NCBI GenBank assembly: GCA_902775025.1
Contig: CACYKP010000002.1
Location: forward strand, 15,558 to 79,557
Direction: 5' to 3'
Source: an uncultured bacterium
GTDB lineage: Bacteria; Cyanobacteriota; Vampirovibrionia; Gastranaerophilales; Gastranaerophilaceae
Length of the DNA stretch: 64,000 nt
Below the pieces are notes generated by a model. It was not told the DNA's origin. It saw only the letters and a program-made list of their open reading frames with translations, and did not search any database. Numbering within the stretch: the first letter of the stretch is position 1; each line of letters starts with the position of its first letter. This document shows, piece after piece, positions 1 to 10,248 of the stretch. A program made the position numbers and the translations under genes.

Positions 1-223
1 CAATATCGCTAACTGACAAACCCGTAACGCAAACACCGCTAACTGCAGTAAATAAAGCATCAATAAAAGACATTCTTCCTGAAATTGGAAGGAATAATAA
101 AATTCCTCCTAAAATACACAAGAATAAAAATGTAATAGGCAGTATCCTAACCGGTGATTTTACAACCTCTGAATATATATTATCTACAAATGAGCCGTAT
201 ATTTTTTTTAATAGTTTTAACAT
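1..223 (-). CDS. KtrB/TrkH-family potassium uptake membrane subunit (N-terminal part; runs off window)
   Basis: Manual translation from ATG at 223: MLKLLKK...SFIDALFTAVSGVCVTGLSVSDI, containing the Trk/Ktr pore motif FTAVS.VCVTGL. Confidence 0.85.
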   Translation of the reverse strand, partial: MLKLLKKIYGSFVDNIYSEVVKSPVRILPITFLFLCILGGILLFLPISGRMSFIDALFTAVSGVCVTGLSVSDI

Positions 224-280
224 TGTTATATAAGTATTTTATCACAAATAAATTGTCATATATTTGTTAAAAAACAATGT

Positions 281-1060
281 CTAATTATTAAATTCCAAAA
301 TCTCATTATCATCAGGTACAACAACATTATTTAGTTCTAGATTTTTTATATCCTCTCTTGTAACTGTTAAGTGGCTTACTGTGTCCATGTGGCTTGCGAT
401 AATTTTAGATGATTTTGCGTAATTTGATATTGCTTTTGTGTCCTCAATATCCATAATCAACCTTTCGCCTTCACCCACCAAAATAGTAGCACCGCAAGCG
501 TTTATAACAATTACTTCAGGGCTAAATTTATCAATAGCCGTTCTAACTTCATCGCACCAAATTGTGTCCCCTGCAACGTATAATGTTTTTTCTGTATCAG
601 CTTTAAACACTATTCCCATAGCATCATAAGGCATTCCGATTTGCTCGCACATCGGTTTTACAACTTCGCGTCTGCCGTGCTGACATTGTGTTTTATATAA
701 TTTAATCCCCTGAAAATCTGTTCCGCTTTCAGAAATAATACGAACATCGTTGAATCCAAAATTTTTAATAATATTCAAATCTGTTTCATTCTGAACAAAG
801 AACGGAATTTTCTTATCCAATGCTTTCACCGCAAATTCATCAAAATGGTCAGGATGAAAATGGGTTAAAATAATAGCATCTGCATTAACAATTTTATCAA
901 TAGCGATAGGTAATTCAACTCTCGGTTGCCTTATATCACTATTTACCGCACCTGTAAAACCGTCCATAAAATCCTTTGGCATAAGCCATGGGTCAATTAA
1001 AAACCTTTTATTATTGTAAGTTACAATTATTGTTGCATTTCTGATTTGATGAATTTTCAT
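281..1060 (-). CDS. MBL-fold metallo-hydrolase
   Basis: LIDPWL, THFHPDHFD (HxHxDH), YVAGDT and a late His motif (SHMD). Confidence 0.9.
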   Translation of the reverse strand: MKIHQIRNATIIVTYNNKRFLIDPWLMPKDFMDGFTGAVNSDIRQPRVELPIAIDKIVNADAIILTHFHPDHFDEFAVKALDKKIPFFVQNETDLNIIKNFGFNDVRIISESGTDFQGIKLYKTQCQHGRREVVKPMCEQIGMPYDAMGIVFKADTEKTLYVAGDTIWCDEVRTAIDKFSPEVIVINACGATILVGEGERLIMDIEDTKAISNYAKSSKIIASHMDTVSHLTVTREDIKNLELNNVVVPDDNEILEFNN

Positions 1061-1092
1061 AATTAAATTTCCGCTATATATTTAAATTTTAT

Positions 1093-1641
1093 TTACCCCT
1101 GATGGCAGTGTGCGTGATCGTGTCCTTCGCCGCCGCATGAGTTTTCACCTGTTTCAAGAGAATTAGCCATATATTTTTCCAAAACCTCTCTTATTGGTAA
1201 TTCAGGACAGCCTGCAACAACTTCAACTCCATTTTGAGCAAACATCATCATTGGACGTCCGCCCATTCCTCCGGCTAAAACTTTGCTTACACCTTGTTCT
1301 GATATCCAAGCAGCACTCTGGCAAGAAATTCCCTCTTCGGGTATTCTTTCTTCTATAGTTAAAATTTCTTTTGTTTCAGGGTTAATTTCAGCAAAAGTGA
1401 AAGAATCACAATGCCCAAAATGTCCGCATAATTTACCTTCACTTGTCGGAATACAAATTTTCATAACCATATCTCCTTTTAATTTTTCTATGTTGCTTTG
1501 TAATAAAATTGCACTTTCTAATGCTTCTGTGTCTGTGAGATTATGCCTTTTGGCGTAATCACGCAGAATATTTAAAATGTTTTCATTAATTCTTCTGTTG
1601 AACGGTACTTTTTTAAGACAGGTTTTCTTTCTTCCCGCCAT
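1093..1641 (-). CDS. NifB/NifX-family (dinitrogenase FeMo-cofactor biosynthesis-like) protein with possible N-terminal ribbon-helix-helix extension
   Basis: KICIPTSEGKLCGHFGHCDSF, VLAGGMGG and a His-rich tail. A second start at 1470 has a strong SD (AAGGAGA). Confidence 0.8.
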   Translation of the reverse strand: MAGRKKTCLKKVPFNRRINENILNILRDYAKRHNLTDTEALESAILLQSNIEKLKGDMVMKICIPTSEGKLCGHFGHCDSFTFAEINPETKEILTIEERIPEEGISCQSAAWISEQGVSKVLAGGMGGRPMMMFAQNGVEVVAGCPELPIREVLEKYMANSLETGENSCGGEGHDHAHCHQG

Positions 1642-1789
1642 CTCACGTTTCCCGCCCCAATTAGCTTTTTGACAACATTTCATAATAAAAAGTTAACATG
1701 TAAAATTGATTATGTCAATACATAATCAAGATATGATTTTTGTGATATTATCAGAGTGTTACAATCTGATAATTTGTTAAAATGGTTAT

Positions 1790-2668
1790 ATGAACGGTTT
1801 AGAAGATAATTCCAATAATGGCAAAGTAGCATTAGTCCTTGAAGGCGGAGCTATGAGGGGCTTATATACAGCGGCTGTTTTAGACGTATTTATGAAAAAT
1901 GATATTAAGATAGATATTGTCTTTGGTGTTTCCGCAGGTGCTTTATTTGGTATAAATTATAAATCCAAACAAATAGGCAGAGCTTTAAGATATAACCTTA
2001 AATATGCACACGATAAAAGATATATGGGTATGTATTCTCTGCTTACCACGGGTGATGTTATGAACAAAGAATTTTGCTTTAATAAACTTGTTTATGAATT
2101 AGACCCATTGGATTTTGAAACATTTGATAACTCAAATGTTGAATTTTATGCGGTTGTTACAAATGTTGAAACAGGTAAGGCTGAATACATAAAGGTTAAT
2201 GATGCAAAAAGGGATATGGAATATTTAAGAGCTTCAGGTTCTATGCCGTTTGTATCAAATTTAGTCGAAATTAACGGGAATAAATATTTAGACGGTGCTG
2301 TTAGTGATCCGATACCTTTTAAAAAAGCTCTTGATGAAGGGTACGATAAGATAATTGTTGTTCTGACAAGACCTGCTGACTATACTAAAGCAAAGTCTCG
2401 ACTACCGTTTGGTTTGGTGTATAAAAAATATCCTGAATTTGTAAAAACAGCTAAATTTGCTTACATTAATTATAACGAAACCCTAAATCTTATAAGAAAA
2501 TACGAAAAAGAAGATAAAATAATTGTTTTAAGACCAAGTGAAAAAATTAAAATGCGCAGAGTAGAAAAAAATCTAAGTAAATTACAAGCTATTTATGATG
2601 TTGGTATAAAAGATTGCATAGCAAATATTTCAAGAATAAAAGGGTATATTGGTGAAAGTATCAAATAA
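1790..2668 (+). CDS. Patatin-like phospholipase
   Basis: LVLEGGAMRG, GVSAG nucleophile elbow and DGA motif. Confidence 0.92.
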   Translation: MNGLEDNSNNGKVALVLEGGAMRGLYTAAVLDVFMKNDIKIDIVFGVSAGALFGINYKSKQIGRALRYNLKYAHDKRYMGMYSLLTTGDVMNKEFCFNKLVYELDPLDFETFDNSNVEFYAVVTNVETGKAEYIKVNDAKRDMEYLRASGSMPFVSNLVEINGNKYLDGAVSDPIPFKKALDEGYDKIIVVLTRPADYTKAKSRLPFGLVYKKYPEFVKTAKFAYINYNETLNLIRKYEKEDKIIVLRPSEKIKMRRVEKNLSKLQAIYDVGIKDCIANISRIKGYIGESIK

Positions 2669-2706
2669 AAAAAATATAATAATTAAGAAAGAAAAAGGAG
2701 AGTAAA

Positions 2707-3084
2707 ATGAGAGATGATATTAAAGAATATAATGCAGTAGAAGCTGTTGCAAGAAAATTTTGCGAAGCAGTAAAAGCCGGCAAAAGCGAAATAGTAAAAC
2801 CATATTTTTATGAAAAAGCTTGCTTTTTTGGTCAACTGAACGAGCAAACGTATCAATCAGGCCCGATTGAAGAATTTTATAAAACTATTGATACTTTTGG
2901 TGCTTGCGGTGATGATTACATTTCAAGAATTGATGTTTTGATGCTGGAAAAAACTATTGCAGTCGTTCAAGTTATTGAAGATAACTGGCATGGGTACAAG
3001 TTTACAGACATTTTGAACCTTAATAAAATAAACGGCGAATGGAAAATCGTCGCCAAGGTTTATGATACTTTATCAGGGAAATAA
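2707..3084 (+). CDS. NTF2-like / putative lumazine-binding family protein
   Basis: 125 aa with C-terminal FTDILNLNKINGEWKIVAKVY typical of this family. Confidence 0.75.
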   Translation: MRDDIKEYNAVEAVARKFCEAVKAGKSEIVKPYFYEKACFFGQLNEQTYQSGPIEEFYKTIDTFGACGDDYISRIDVLMLEKTIAVVQVIEDNWHGYKFTDILNLNKINGEWKIVAKVYDTLSGK

Positions 3085-3290
3085 TAATTAACAATTATTT
3101 TCCTTATTTCCCAATATAGAAATTGAGTTGCCATTTGTGTGTTTAACAGCTTTAATCTTAATTAAAAGAGCTTTAGGCTGTATAATAGCAAATTTTACTT
3201 TTACAGGTTTTGTAATATATAACATTATGTATGGCAAAATTGCTTAAGGCTTTAAGCAGAATATGTGGATTACAAATCAGGATATAATAT

Positions 3291-4784
3291 ATGGTATATC
3301 AAATAATAGGAAAAGATATAGAAACAAAATGTGGGACACTGGTTCGCAGATATCTTGAAAACGGAAAATTATATAAATCTGTTAGTTTTTATAACTCAAC
3401 CAATAAAATAGCTAAGCAAAAAGGATTATTGGAGCGAATAGTTACATATAATTCAGACCGCTTCCCTGTTGAATTTACCGATACATTCGAACGTAAGACT
3501 AATCTTCCGGCAAAAGAAAGACCAATAAAAAATACCAAAAGACTAAATCTGCCGGATGGAAAAGTCAGAGATACAAAAGAAACACCAAGCGGAACAAGAT
3601 ATTACAGATATATTAAAAACGGGTTACTATATAAACATTTTTGGTTTGTAGAATCAACCAACAAAATAGCTAAACAACAAGGATTACAATGGCGTGATGT
3701 TAAATATAATACAGACAGGAAACCTATTGAAGTTACTGACACTTTTAAACGTACAACCGTTTTACCTCCAAGAAAAGCTAAACCGCAAAATCATATATCT
3801 GCTCCTGCTTCCTCCGGTGCTAATATCCAATCTGACAATTCGTATTTTGGAACTCTTGGTGCAGACAGCAAAGAATCTGTTTTAGAAACATACCGTAAAA
3901 CTGACAGACGCTCTGTATTATATCAGGATTACGATTATTTTATATATAAAGTCAAAGCAAATTTAAAAAGATTTATAAACATTTTACCCAAAAAACTATA
4001 TGAAGGCATTTTAAATAGATACGGAACAGAAGAAAAATCAATTCGAAAAATCATTCAAGATATTGGTTTTGATATTGATAAAGTATCGATATTACCAAGT
4101 CAGGCATCACTTAAAACCAAATACAAAATTTTTATAAATAATACTGAAAAAAAAGAACAAGAATTTGCACAAATCAGACTTGTAAATAATAGTGAAAAAC
4201 TTTCTGTTGCATATACAAACGCATGGACAAACAGTAAATTAAGAGTTGATATGGGATATGAGTGCTCTAAACATAAAAGAGGAAATACTTGGAGTATCTT
4301 AAAAGAAGTGTGGCTTAAGCTTCTTAATCCCGACGAATCCAAATATAAAACTGAAAACTTAATTGATTCATATTTTGTTCAAATGTATAAAAACAGATAT
4401 CAAACAGGAATACTAAGTTATAATGGAGAAAACCCGCTTGCTAAAATAGCGGAAGATAAAGAAATGAGTAAAAAGAAAGTTCTTGCTTTAAAAATGATGT
4501 ATAGAGGTGTAAGGAACTTGAAGACATTGGACAAAAAAGTATTAAAAAATCCGGCATATCAAGAATTTAAAAAATCAGCCAATACCAATTCTATGGCAAA
4601 AACAATAGAAAATTTTGAAGAACATTATAAAAATGCTTTTTTAAAATATTTTTGGACAGATGCACGTAAGTTAAGATTTTCTGAAGCTTTGAGAAATGAG
4701 TATGAAGAATTTAATGAAAAAATTAATCTATCGAATGATATATATGAGGCATTAATTAAAAAAGAATTTATGAATTTAAATTAA
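3291..4784 (+). CDS. Hypothetical basic protein with tandem-duplicated N-terminal module
   Basis: 497-aa ORF; two modules sharing STNKIAKQ.GL...YN.DR.P.E.TDTF.R.T.LP at 86-aa spacing. Confidence 0.7.
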   Translation: MVYQIIGKDIETKCGTLVRRYLENGKLYKSVSFYNSTNKIAKQKGLLERIVTYNSDRFPVEFTDTFERKTNLPAKERPIKNTKRLNLPDGKVRDTKETPSGTRYYRYIKNGLLYKHFWFVESTNKIAKQQGLQWRDVKYNTDRKPIEVTDTFKRTTVLPPRKAKPQNHISAPASSGANIQSDNSYFGTLGADSKESVLETYRKTDRRSVLYQDYDYFIYKVKANLKRFINILPKKLYEGILNRYGTEEKSIRKIIQDIGFDIDKVSILPSQASLKTKYKIFINNTEKKEQEFAQIRLVNNSEKLSVAYTNAWTNSKLRVDMGYECSKHKRGNTWSILKEVWLKLLNPDESKYKTENLIDSYFVQMYKNRYQTGILSYNGENPLAKIAEDKEMSKKKVLALKMMYRGVRNLKTLDKKVLKNPAYQEFKKSANTNSMAKTIENFEEHYKNAFLKYFWTDARKLRFSEALRNEYEEFNEKINLSNDIYEALIKKEFMNLN

Positions 4785-4940
4785 TAATAACTTTAAATTC
4801 AAATTTTCAAATATGCAGCAGGTTTGTTGTTTTGCCATATATAATAAATTTAAAAAGAAATAGGCAAAAAGTCATTGAATCCCAAGACGGACTTAAAAAA
4901 TGGGATGAAAAATATATAGAGAAATAGGAATAAATTAACA

Positions 4941-5258
4941 ATGAGAAAATGTAAAATAACTGTTTTAAAAAGAAATTTTGATGAAGAATTAGCTAAAGAA
5001 TACGGAGTTGAAGGTTTGACAGCGTGTCCTATGTTAAAGGAAGGACAAGTTTTTTACGCTGATTGGGAATGTCCCGATGGTTTTTGCAACGAAGCTTGGA
5101 AAGCAATTTATCAATATGTTTTTACTCTTTCTCATGGCGGAGCTACAAAAGAATTATTTTATTACGGTGATTGGATAAGAAAACCCGGAGTTGCGATTTG
5201 TTCCTGTAACGACGGATTACGCCCTGTAATATTCAAGATTGAAGCTCAAAATAATTGA
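4941..5258 (+). CDS. TIGR04076-family protein
   Basis: CKITVLKR...CP...GQVF...P.GFC.EAW...CSCNDGLRPVIFKIE pattern. Confidence 0.85.
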   Translation: MRKCKITVLKRNFDEELAKEYGVEGLTACPMLKEGQVFYADWECPDGFCNEAWKAIYQYVFTLSHGGATKELFYYGDWIRKPGVAICSCNDGLRPVIFKIEAQNN

Positions 5259-5848
5259 GCCAGATGTTCTGCAATAATTTTATGAGAGTTTTCATCATAA
5301 TGTAATCCGTCAATATCGGATGGTTTTGCAATTTTATTTACATCAAAGAATTCACAATGATAAGTGTCGGCAAGCGTTTCATATATGCTTCCGACATCTT
5401 TTGATTTTGCTATACTCGTTTCATCAAATTGGCACCTGAAGTATCCGTCTAATATTTTTTCATCCAATACTACCGGAGGAATAATGATTATTCGTTCAGC
5501 TTTTGTTTTAGCTAATTTGATTAAATGTTCCAACCCTTTTTCTATTGCACTCAAACTTATATTATATAAAAATTGCAAATCATTTGTACCAATCCAAAGT
5601 ATTAATGTATACGGATTTTCAGATTTTGAAATAAATTTAGGAAAATGCTTCGGTGCAGAAAATAAAACCCCTTTCGGATTATTTACAAATCCCGTTCTAT
5701 CACACATTCCTTCGTTTATAACTTCATATTCCGTTCCTAGTTTATTTTGCAGGATAGAAGTCCAGCGAACATTTTCGCCATATCTTGAACCGTCTTTTGG
5801 GTTATATCCAAATGTATTTGAATCTCCGTAACATATAATCTTTTTCAT
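5246..5848 (-). CDS. SGNH/GDSL hydrolase (arylesterase-like)
   Basis: CYGDSNTFG, GTND and DGLH blocks. Confidence 0.92.
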   Translation of the reverse strand: MKKIICYGDSNTFGYNPKDGSRYGENVRWTSILQNKLGTEYEVINEGMCDRTGFVNNPKGVLFSAPKHFPKFISKSENPYTLILWIGTNDLQFLYNISLSAIEKGLEHLIKLAKTKAERIIIIPPVVLDEKILDGYFRCQFDETSIAKSKDVGSIYETLADTYHCEFFDVNKIAKPSDIDGLHYDENSHKIIAEHLAQLF

Positions 5849-5947
5849 CTTTTCTCCTGCTATTTTTTATCTTGTATTTTTTATAAAAAAATTATTCCAT
5901 TGAAACAAATCCTGATATGAAAGTTACATTATTCTGGTTTTCATTGT

Positions 5948-7378
5948 TTATGATGCATTGTTTTTATTATGCTTACCTCTTGTCATCCAAATATTTAATT
6001 TAGGCAATAGTACACCAAGCATTATAGCAGAATATGCAATTCCTGACATCTGTGCAATATTTAGTTTCCTTAAGTTAGCTTTTACATTACCGCCTTGTGC
6101 AATTATTTCTTTTTGAGATTTAAGTGAAACATTTTGGAGCCAATGTTTTATTCCTTTTCCCTGTTTTGAAATATTGAACAAGTTTTTTTGTTTCGGATCA
6201 AAAGCTTGCCCTACACCTTTTGCAACAAAACCGCCTAATACAAGCCAATTCAAAAACCCTAAATAATCTCTTACGTTTGTTTCTCTTAGTTCAGTTGAAT
6301 CTTTTGAAGCAAAAATTCTTCCTAAAATAAGGGTTCCATATATTGTTTTTATTGCATTACCACTTGTTGCAGGGCCGTCAAATTCTAATTTTTTAATAAA
6401 GTCTATAGGCTTTTTTACACCCATAACTTTGGTAAGCATCAATACAAAAATTCCTGCGGATAAAAGTTTTTTTAGCCAAAGACCTTTTTCTTTCTTCTTT
6501 TCGTTTTTGAATGCAACATTTTGTGCATAGTTATTTTCACCGACAAAATTATCAATACCTGTTCTTTTTTTGGTTAAATACCTGTTTAAATACTGATTTG
6601 TTATTGCCAAAGTCATAGATAAAGGTATAGCAATACCAATTCTTAAGTTATTCATTCTTTTTAATTTTGATATTATTTCACTTGGAGTATGTTTAGTTTC
6701 TGTGAAGAAAATATTTTTGCCAGAATCAACAATATCTCTCAGTGCGTGTGTAAGGTTTGAAGCAACTTCATGTTTTCCTGATTTAATCTTAATAGAGTTA
6801 TCCGCACCCAGAAGATTTATTATTTCATCTTGAACTTCTGTAAGAGTTTTTTTGTTTGCTTTTTTATCCAAAGATTTATCCGTGATTAAATTTGCCAATT
6901 TCTCAACGACGGGTTCTGTTTTGGATTTATCAACATCAGCAAAATTTTTTGTTTTGGTGCCAACTTGACCTGACATAGAATTAAGTACATTTTCAACATA
7001 GTTTTTTGGCGTTTTATCGGTTTTAGTATAAATATCAGAAAATACATTTAAACCGTTATTTGTAATCCAAGAGGCGGAATTAACTTTTACGTCAGGGGTT
7101 AACTTTTTTGAGATAAACTTAGACGCTATTATAGCAAAAACAGCAGCCGAAAATTCTGCAATAAAAGTTCCTGTATATTCCCTAAACCCCATCTCAATTC
7201 CTGCTTGTTTTCCTCTGTTTTTGGTTTCTACAATTGTTCTTGGGGTATCCATCGCAAAAACATCAACGAACGAGGCATTCAACATGTCATTATTGCTTAA
7301 TGTATAAAGTGATTTTGATAAAGTACCCATTGATGAATTAAAGTTAAGGGTATTATTGGTTAATTTATTTATTTTCAT
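5948..7378 (-). CDS. Lineage-specific multi-pass membrane protein, paralogue of 34488..36452
   Basis: Several hydrophobic helices; D..AM..PRT...G.E...RE..G motif; probable start ATG 7378 with GGAG SD (alternative 7393). Confidence 0.75.
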   Translation of the reverse strand: MKINKLTNNTLNFNSSMGTLSKSLYTLSNNDMLNASFVDVFAMDTPRTIVETKNRGKQAGIEMGFREYTGTFIAEFSAAVFAIIASKFISKKLTPDVKVNSASWITNNGLNVFSDIYTKTDKTPKNYVENVLNSMSGQVGTKTKNFADVDKSKTEPVVEKLANLITDKSLDKKANKKTLTEVQDEIINLLGADNSIKIKSGKHEVASNLTHALRDIVDSGKNIFFTETKHTPSEIISKLKRMNNLRIGIAIPLSMTLAITNQYLNRYLTKKRTGIDNFVGENNYAQNVAFKNEKKKEKGLWLKKLLSAGIFVLMLTKVMGVKKPIDFIKKLEFDGPATSGNAIKTIYGTLILGRIFASKDSTELRETNVRDYLGFLNWLVLGGFVAKGVGQAFDPKQKNLFNISKQGKGIKHWLQNVSLKSQKEIIAQGGNVKANLRKLNIAQMSGIAYSAIMLGVLLPKLNIWMTRGKHNKNNAS

Positions 7379-7720
7379 TTGTAATTTCTCCATAAAAAAA
7401 CAAGTTCTTAATAAAATAAGAACTTGTTTATAATATTTCTAACTAAAATCTGCGTGCAAAATTATAAGTAAGTTCTTAACAACAAGACTTACAGCAGCAA
7501 CAGATTAAATTGTTTACAAATGATTTGTTCATAACATATATAAAACATCTAAAAAAAATTTTTGTCAATTATACTTCAAATCATATTTATCAATAAATAA
7601 ATAATTTTTTAGATTTAGCTGAGAATTATAATTGCAATAAAATGTCGTCAACAAACTTGTGATGCAAAATACAATTTAAAAGAAATTGTTAAATATTGGG
7701 AAAAATATGTAAAATCAGCC

Positions 7721-7897
7721 TCATTTTAATTTAAGCAATTCACAAGTATTTCTCTTTGAACTTTTTGTAAAAGAATCTTTAGGTGCCATCTTTAAAATTT
7801 TGCAACCATGTGTTCTCTTTAAATCATTTCCAACTGTATTTTTGAATAATGATTTAGCATATATATCTAATGGCAATGTTAATTTAACTATTCTCAT
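7721..7897 (-). CDS. Possible small basic protein (58 aa, MRIVKLTLPLDIYAKSLFKN...)
   Basis: Open frame from ATG 7897 to TGA 7721 in an otherwise empty 670-bp gap; weak SD; below ORF-track cutoff. Confidence 0.25.
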   Translation of the reverse strand: MRIVKLTLPLDIYAKSLFKNTVGNDLKRTHGCKILKMAPKDSFTKSSKRNTCELLKLK

Positions 7898-8068
7898 ACC
7901 TATATGTTATATTTGTATTTCAAAATAATAAATAAACCATTTGGTTTAAATTTATGATATATATACTGTATAAAAAGTTTTTTATTTTGTTTTGCAATTC
8001 TTGAAATAATGCTTTTTTGTACTAAAATATATATGTTGTTGTATATAATATGTGTTGTATTAGGATAA

Positions 8069-9532
8069 GTGATGAAGATTAATAATATTAATCAGCAATT
8101 TTTGATGTTATCTAAAATAAATTATAATTCAACTCCAAACGAAAAAAAGTTTCATAATAGTTTATTAAGTTCTGCTGAGCAAATAAATTTTGGGATGCGT
8201 GTAAGTTATGGCGTTCCTGCAAGTTTATCAAAAGATTTGCAATTAAAAATTGAGAATATGCATTCAAATATGGATGTTATAAAGAATTTCTTTGCAAAAT
8301 ATAATGCTAAGAACCCACAGCTTAGTTCATTAATAAAAAAAGAGTATTCCGGGCTAGTTCCAAAACGTCAATCCGGTATTGTTTTCAAGCTGCCTGATAC
8401 GGAAAACACTATAGAAATTATGCGAAGCCAGACACGGCAAGATGTTTTATACATAAGTATTGATGACAAATCCGTCAACTATAACGGTATAATAATCAAA
8501 GGAAAAGATAAACTTATTGCAAATTATTTAAAGCTTCATCCGCATATGCTTCCAAGAGAATTAAAATATATGGACGAAGAAGCTATTCAAAAAGCGCAGC
8601 CAAAAAAATTCATTGATATAGCAAATGAATTACTTCAAAATTACTCAGATTATATTAGAAAACTTGAATCCGGAGAGTTACCGTTTCCTAAGCTTGTGCA
8701 GAGTTCTTCAAAAAAAACAAAATTAATAAAGAGTAATAATAGAGATGCGATATCTTCTGATAATAAAAAAGATGAGATATTGTCTCAAAAAGACATAAAA
8801 ATAGAAGAAAAAAAAGAAATTAATCCGGCTCGATTATCTGATGAAGAATTAAATGAATATATTACAAAAAAAAATAAAACAATAATAAATGATATTACAA
8901 AAATATTTAATTCCGAACCGCAGGACATCCCTAAACACTTATCACCAATACGCACTAAAAGTGGTAGTATGCTTGGATTTACTCTTCAAACAGAAGATGG
9001 CGGAAGCTTGAAAGTTACCAAAAAGGTTATAGGAGCTTATGGAGACGACATGCCATATCTGGCTTTCGAAATCACTAAGCCAAATAAAGCAATTAGTTAC
9101 ATGAATATAGATATTATTACGAACAAAGTTCTGCGAACAACAGATAAAGGCAAGCCGCATATATCATCAAGTCATGTTGTGTATGAACTTTCTCCTGCTG
9201 AGATTAAAAAAAGAAAAATTTTTGAAAAATTGGATTATTATATGTCGCAGATAAAAGGGGAACCTGTAAGCTCTTTTAAAAAAGAAAAAACTGCAAAAAA
9301 AAGCAATGCAAAAACTAAGATTAATGTTCAAACAGATATTCTTGAGAAGTGGTTTTTTAACTTGGAAGGACTTAATAGTATAAATGAGCAAGAACTTGGT
9401 AAAAATAACGGAACGGCAGCTGCTGCAGAGTATATTAATGCTTTTAAAGCGCAGTTTTTATCAGAACTTCAAACAAAAATGTCAGAATTTAATACTAAAG
9501 TTCAGAAGTTAATAGAATTCCTTTCGGAATAA
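8069..9532 (+). CDS. Lineage-specific hypothetical protein
   Basis: 487-aa ORF with MKINNIN... leader and QINFG motif; no family recognised. Confidence 0.7.
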   Translation: MMKINNINQQFLMLSKINYNSTPNEKKFHNSLLSSAEQINFGMRVSYGVPASLSKDLQLKIENMHSNMDVIKNFFAKYNAKNPQLSSLIKKEYSGLVPKRQSGIVFKLPDTENTIEIMRSQTRQDVLYISIDDKSVNYNGIIIKGKDKLIANYLKLHPHMLPRELKYMDEEAIQKAQPKKFIDIANELLQNYSDYIRKLESGELPFPKLVQSSSKKTKLIKSNNRDAISSDNKKDEILSQKDIKIEEKKEINPARLSDEELNEYITKKNKTIINDITKIFNSEPQDIPKHLSPIRTKSGSMLGFTLQTEDGGSLKVTKKVIGAYGDDMPYLAFEITKPNKAISYMNIDIITNKVLRTTDKGKPHISSSHVVYELSPAEIKKRKIFEKLDYYMSQIKGEPVSSFKKEKTAKKSNAKTKINVQTDILEKWFFNLEGLNSINEQELGKNNGTAAAAEYINAFKAQFLSELQTKMSEFNTKVQKLIEFLSE

Positions 9533-9549
9533 CAGTTTTACCTGAAATT

Positions 9550-10185
9550 TTACAGGTATAAAAGATCTTCATATTTTTTTATTCTAAAAAACAAATTATG
9601 TCGTGCATTTTGAACAAATTTGATTTTATTTTTGTAGAACTCTCTTTGGGCAGAAATGTCGAAAATTGTATCATTTTCACCAAATAATACTAGGTCATAA
9701 ATATCTTTAATATTTTCTTTCTCTTTTTGGTATATGTTTTTTAAGCAATCAAATTCAATGCGGCAGCTTTCCAATGTTCTTTTGGAGGGGTGAAATTCTT
9801 TGTACTCTTCATCTGTTTTTATAAGAAAATTTCTGGCAAATTCGTCTGCATTTTCTTCTGTTATATTGTAAAGAATATCTTGAATTTGCTTTGATAAACC
9901 GTATTTTTCATCAAACAAAAACGGATTACCGTCTGCTGCTATTTTTTTATTAATTTTAACCCCAAACTTAAATATAGAAGCTACAAAAACACCGGCTGAA
10001 AAAGCCAGCAAATTAATTTCATTGTATTTTGAAAAATCAAAATTTAAATATAAATCCGTATAATCGTACAAAATTAAAACATCGGATTTTGATTTTAAAT
10101 GTTCAAATTCGTATTCATCACAGCCCCAACCTGTGAAAAAAATTAAAAGGCTGTCTGATTTATTGTTGATATAATATTGCTTCAT
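9550..10185 (-). CDS. DUF452/BioG-like pimeloyl-ACP methyl esterase (alpha/beta hydrolase)
   Basis: LLIFFTGWG, LYDYTDL, AFSAG nucleophile and late HNLF; probable start 10185. Confidence 0.75.
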   Translation of the reverse strand: MKQYYINNKSDSLLIFFTGWGCDEYEFEHLKSKSDVLILYDYTDLYLNFDFSKYNEINLLAFSAGVFVASIFKFGVKINKKIAADGNPFLFDEKYGLSKQIQDILYNITEENADEFARNFLIKTDEEYKEFHPSKRTLESCRIEFDCLKNIYQKEKENIKDIYDLVLFGENDTIFDISAQREFYKNKIKFVQNARHNLFFRIKKYEDLLYL

Positions 10186-10248
10186 AATAGTATTATATAA
10201 AAAACACATTTATTGATAAGCCTGTTATTTTATAATAAATTTATAGTT

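Noticed and set aside
1093-1641. Nitrogen fixation locus
   Set aside because: NifB/NifX-like domains are widespread outside diazotrophs, and no nif genes are nearby.
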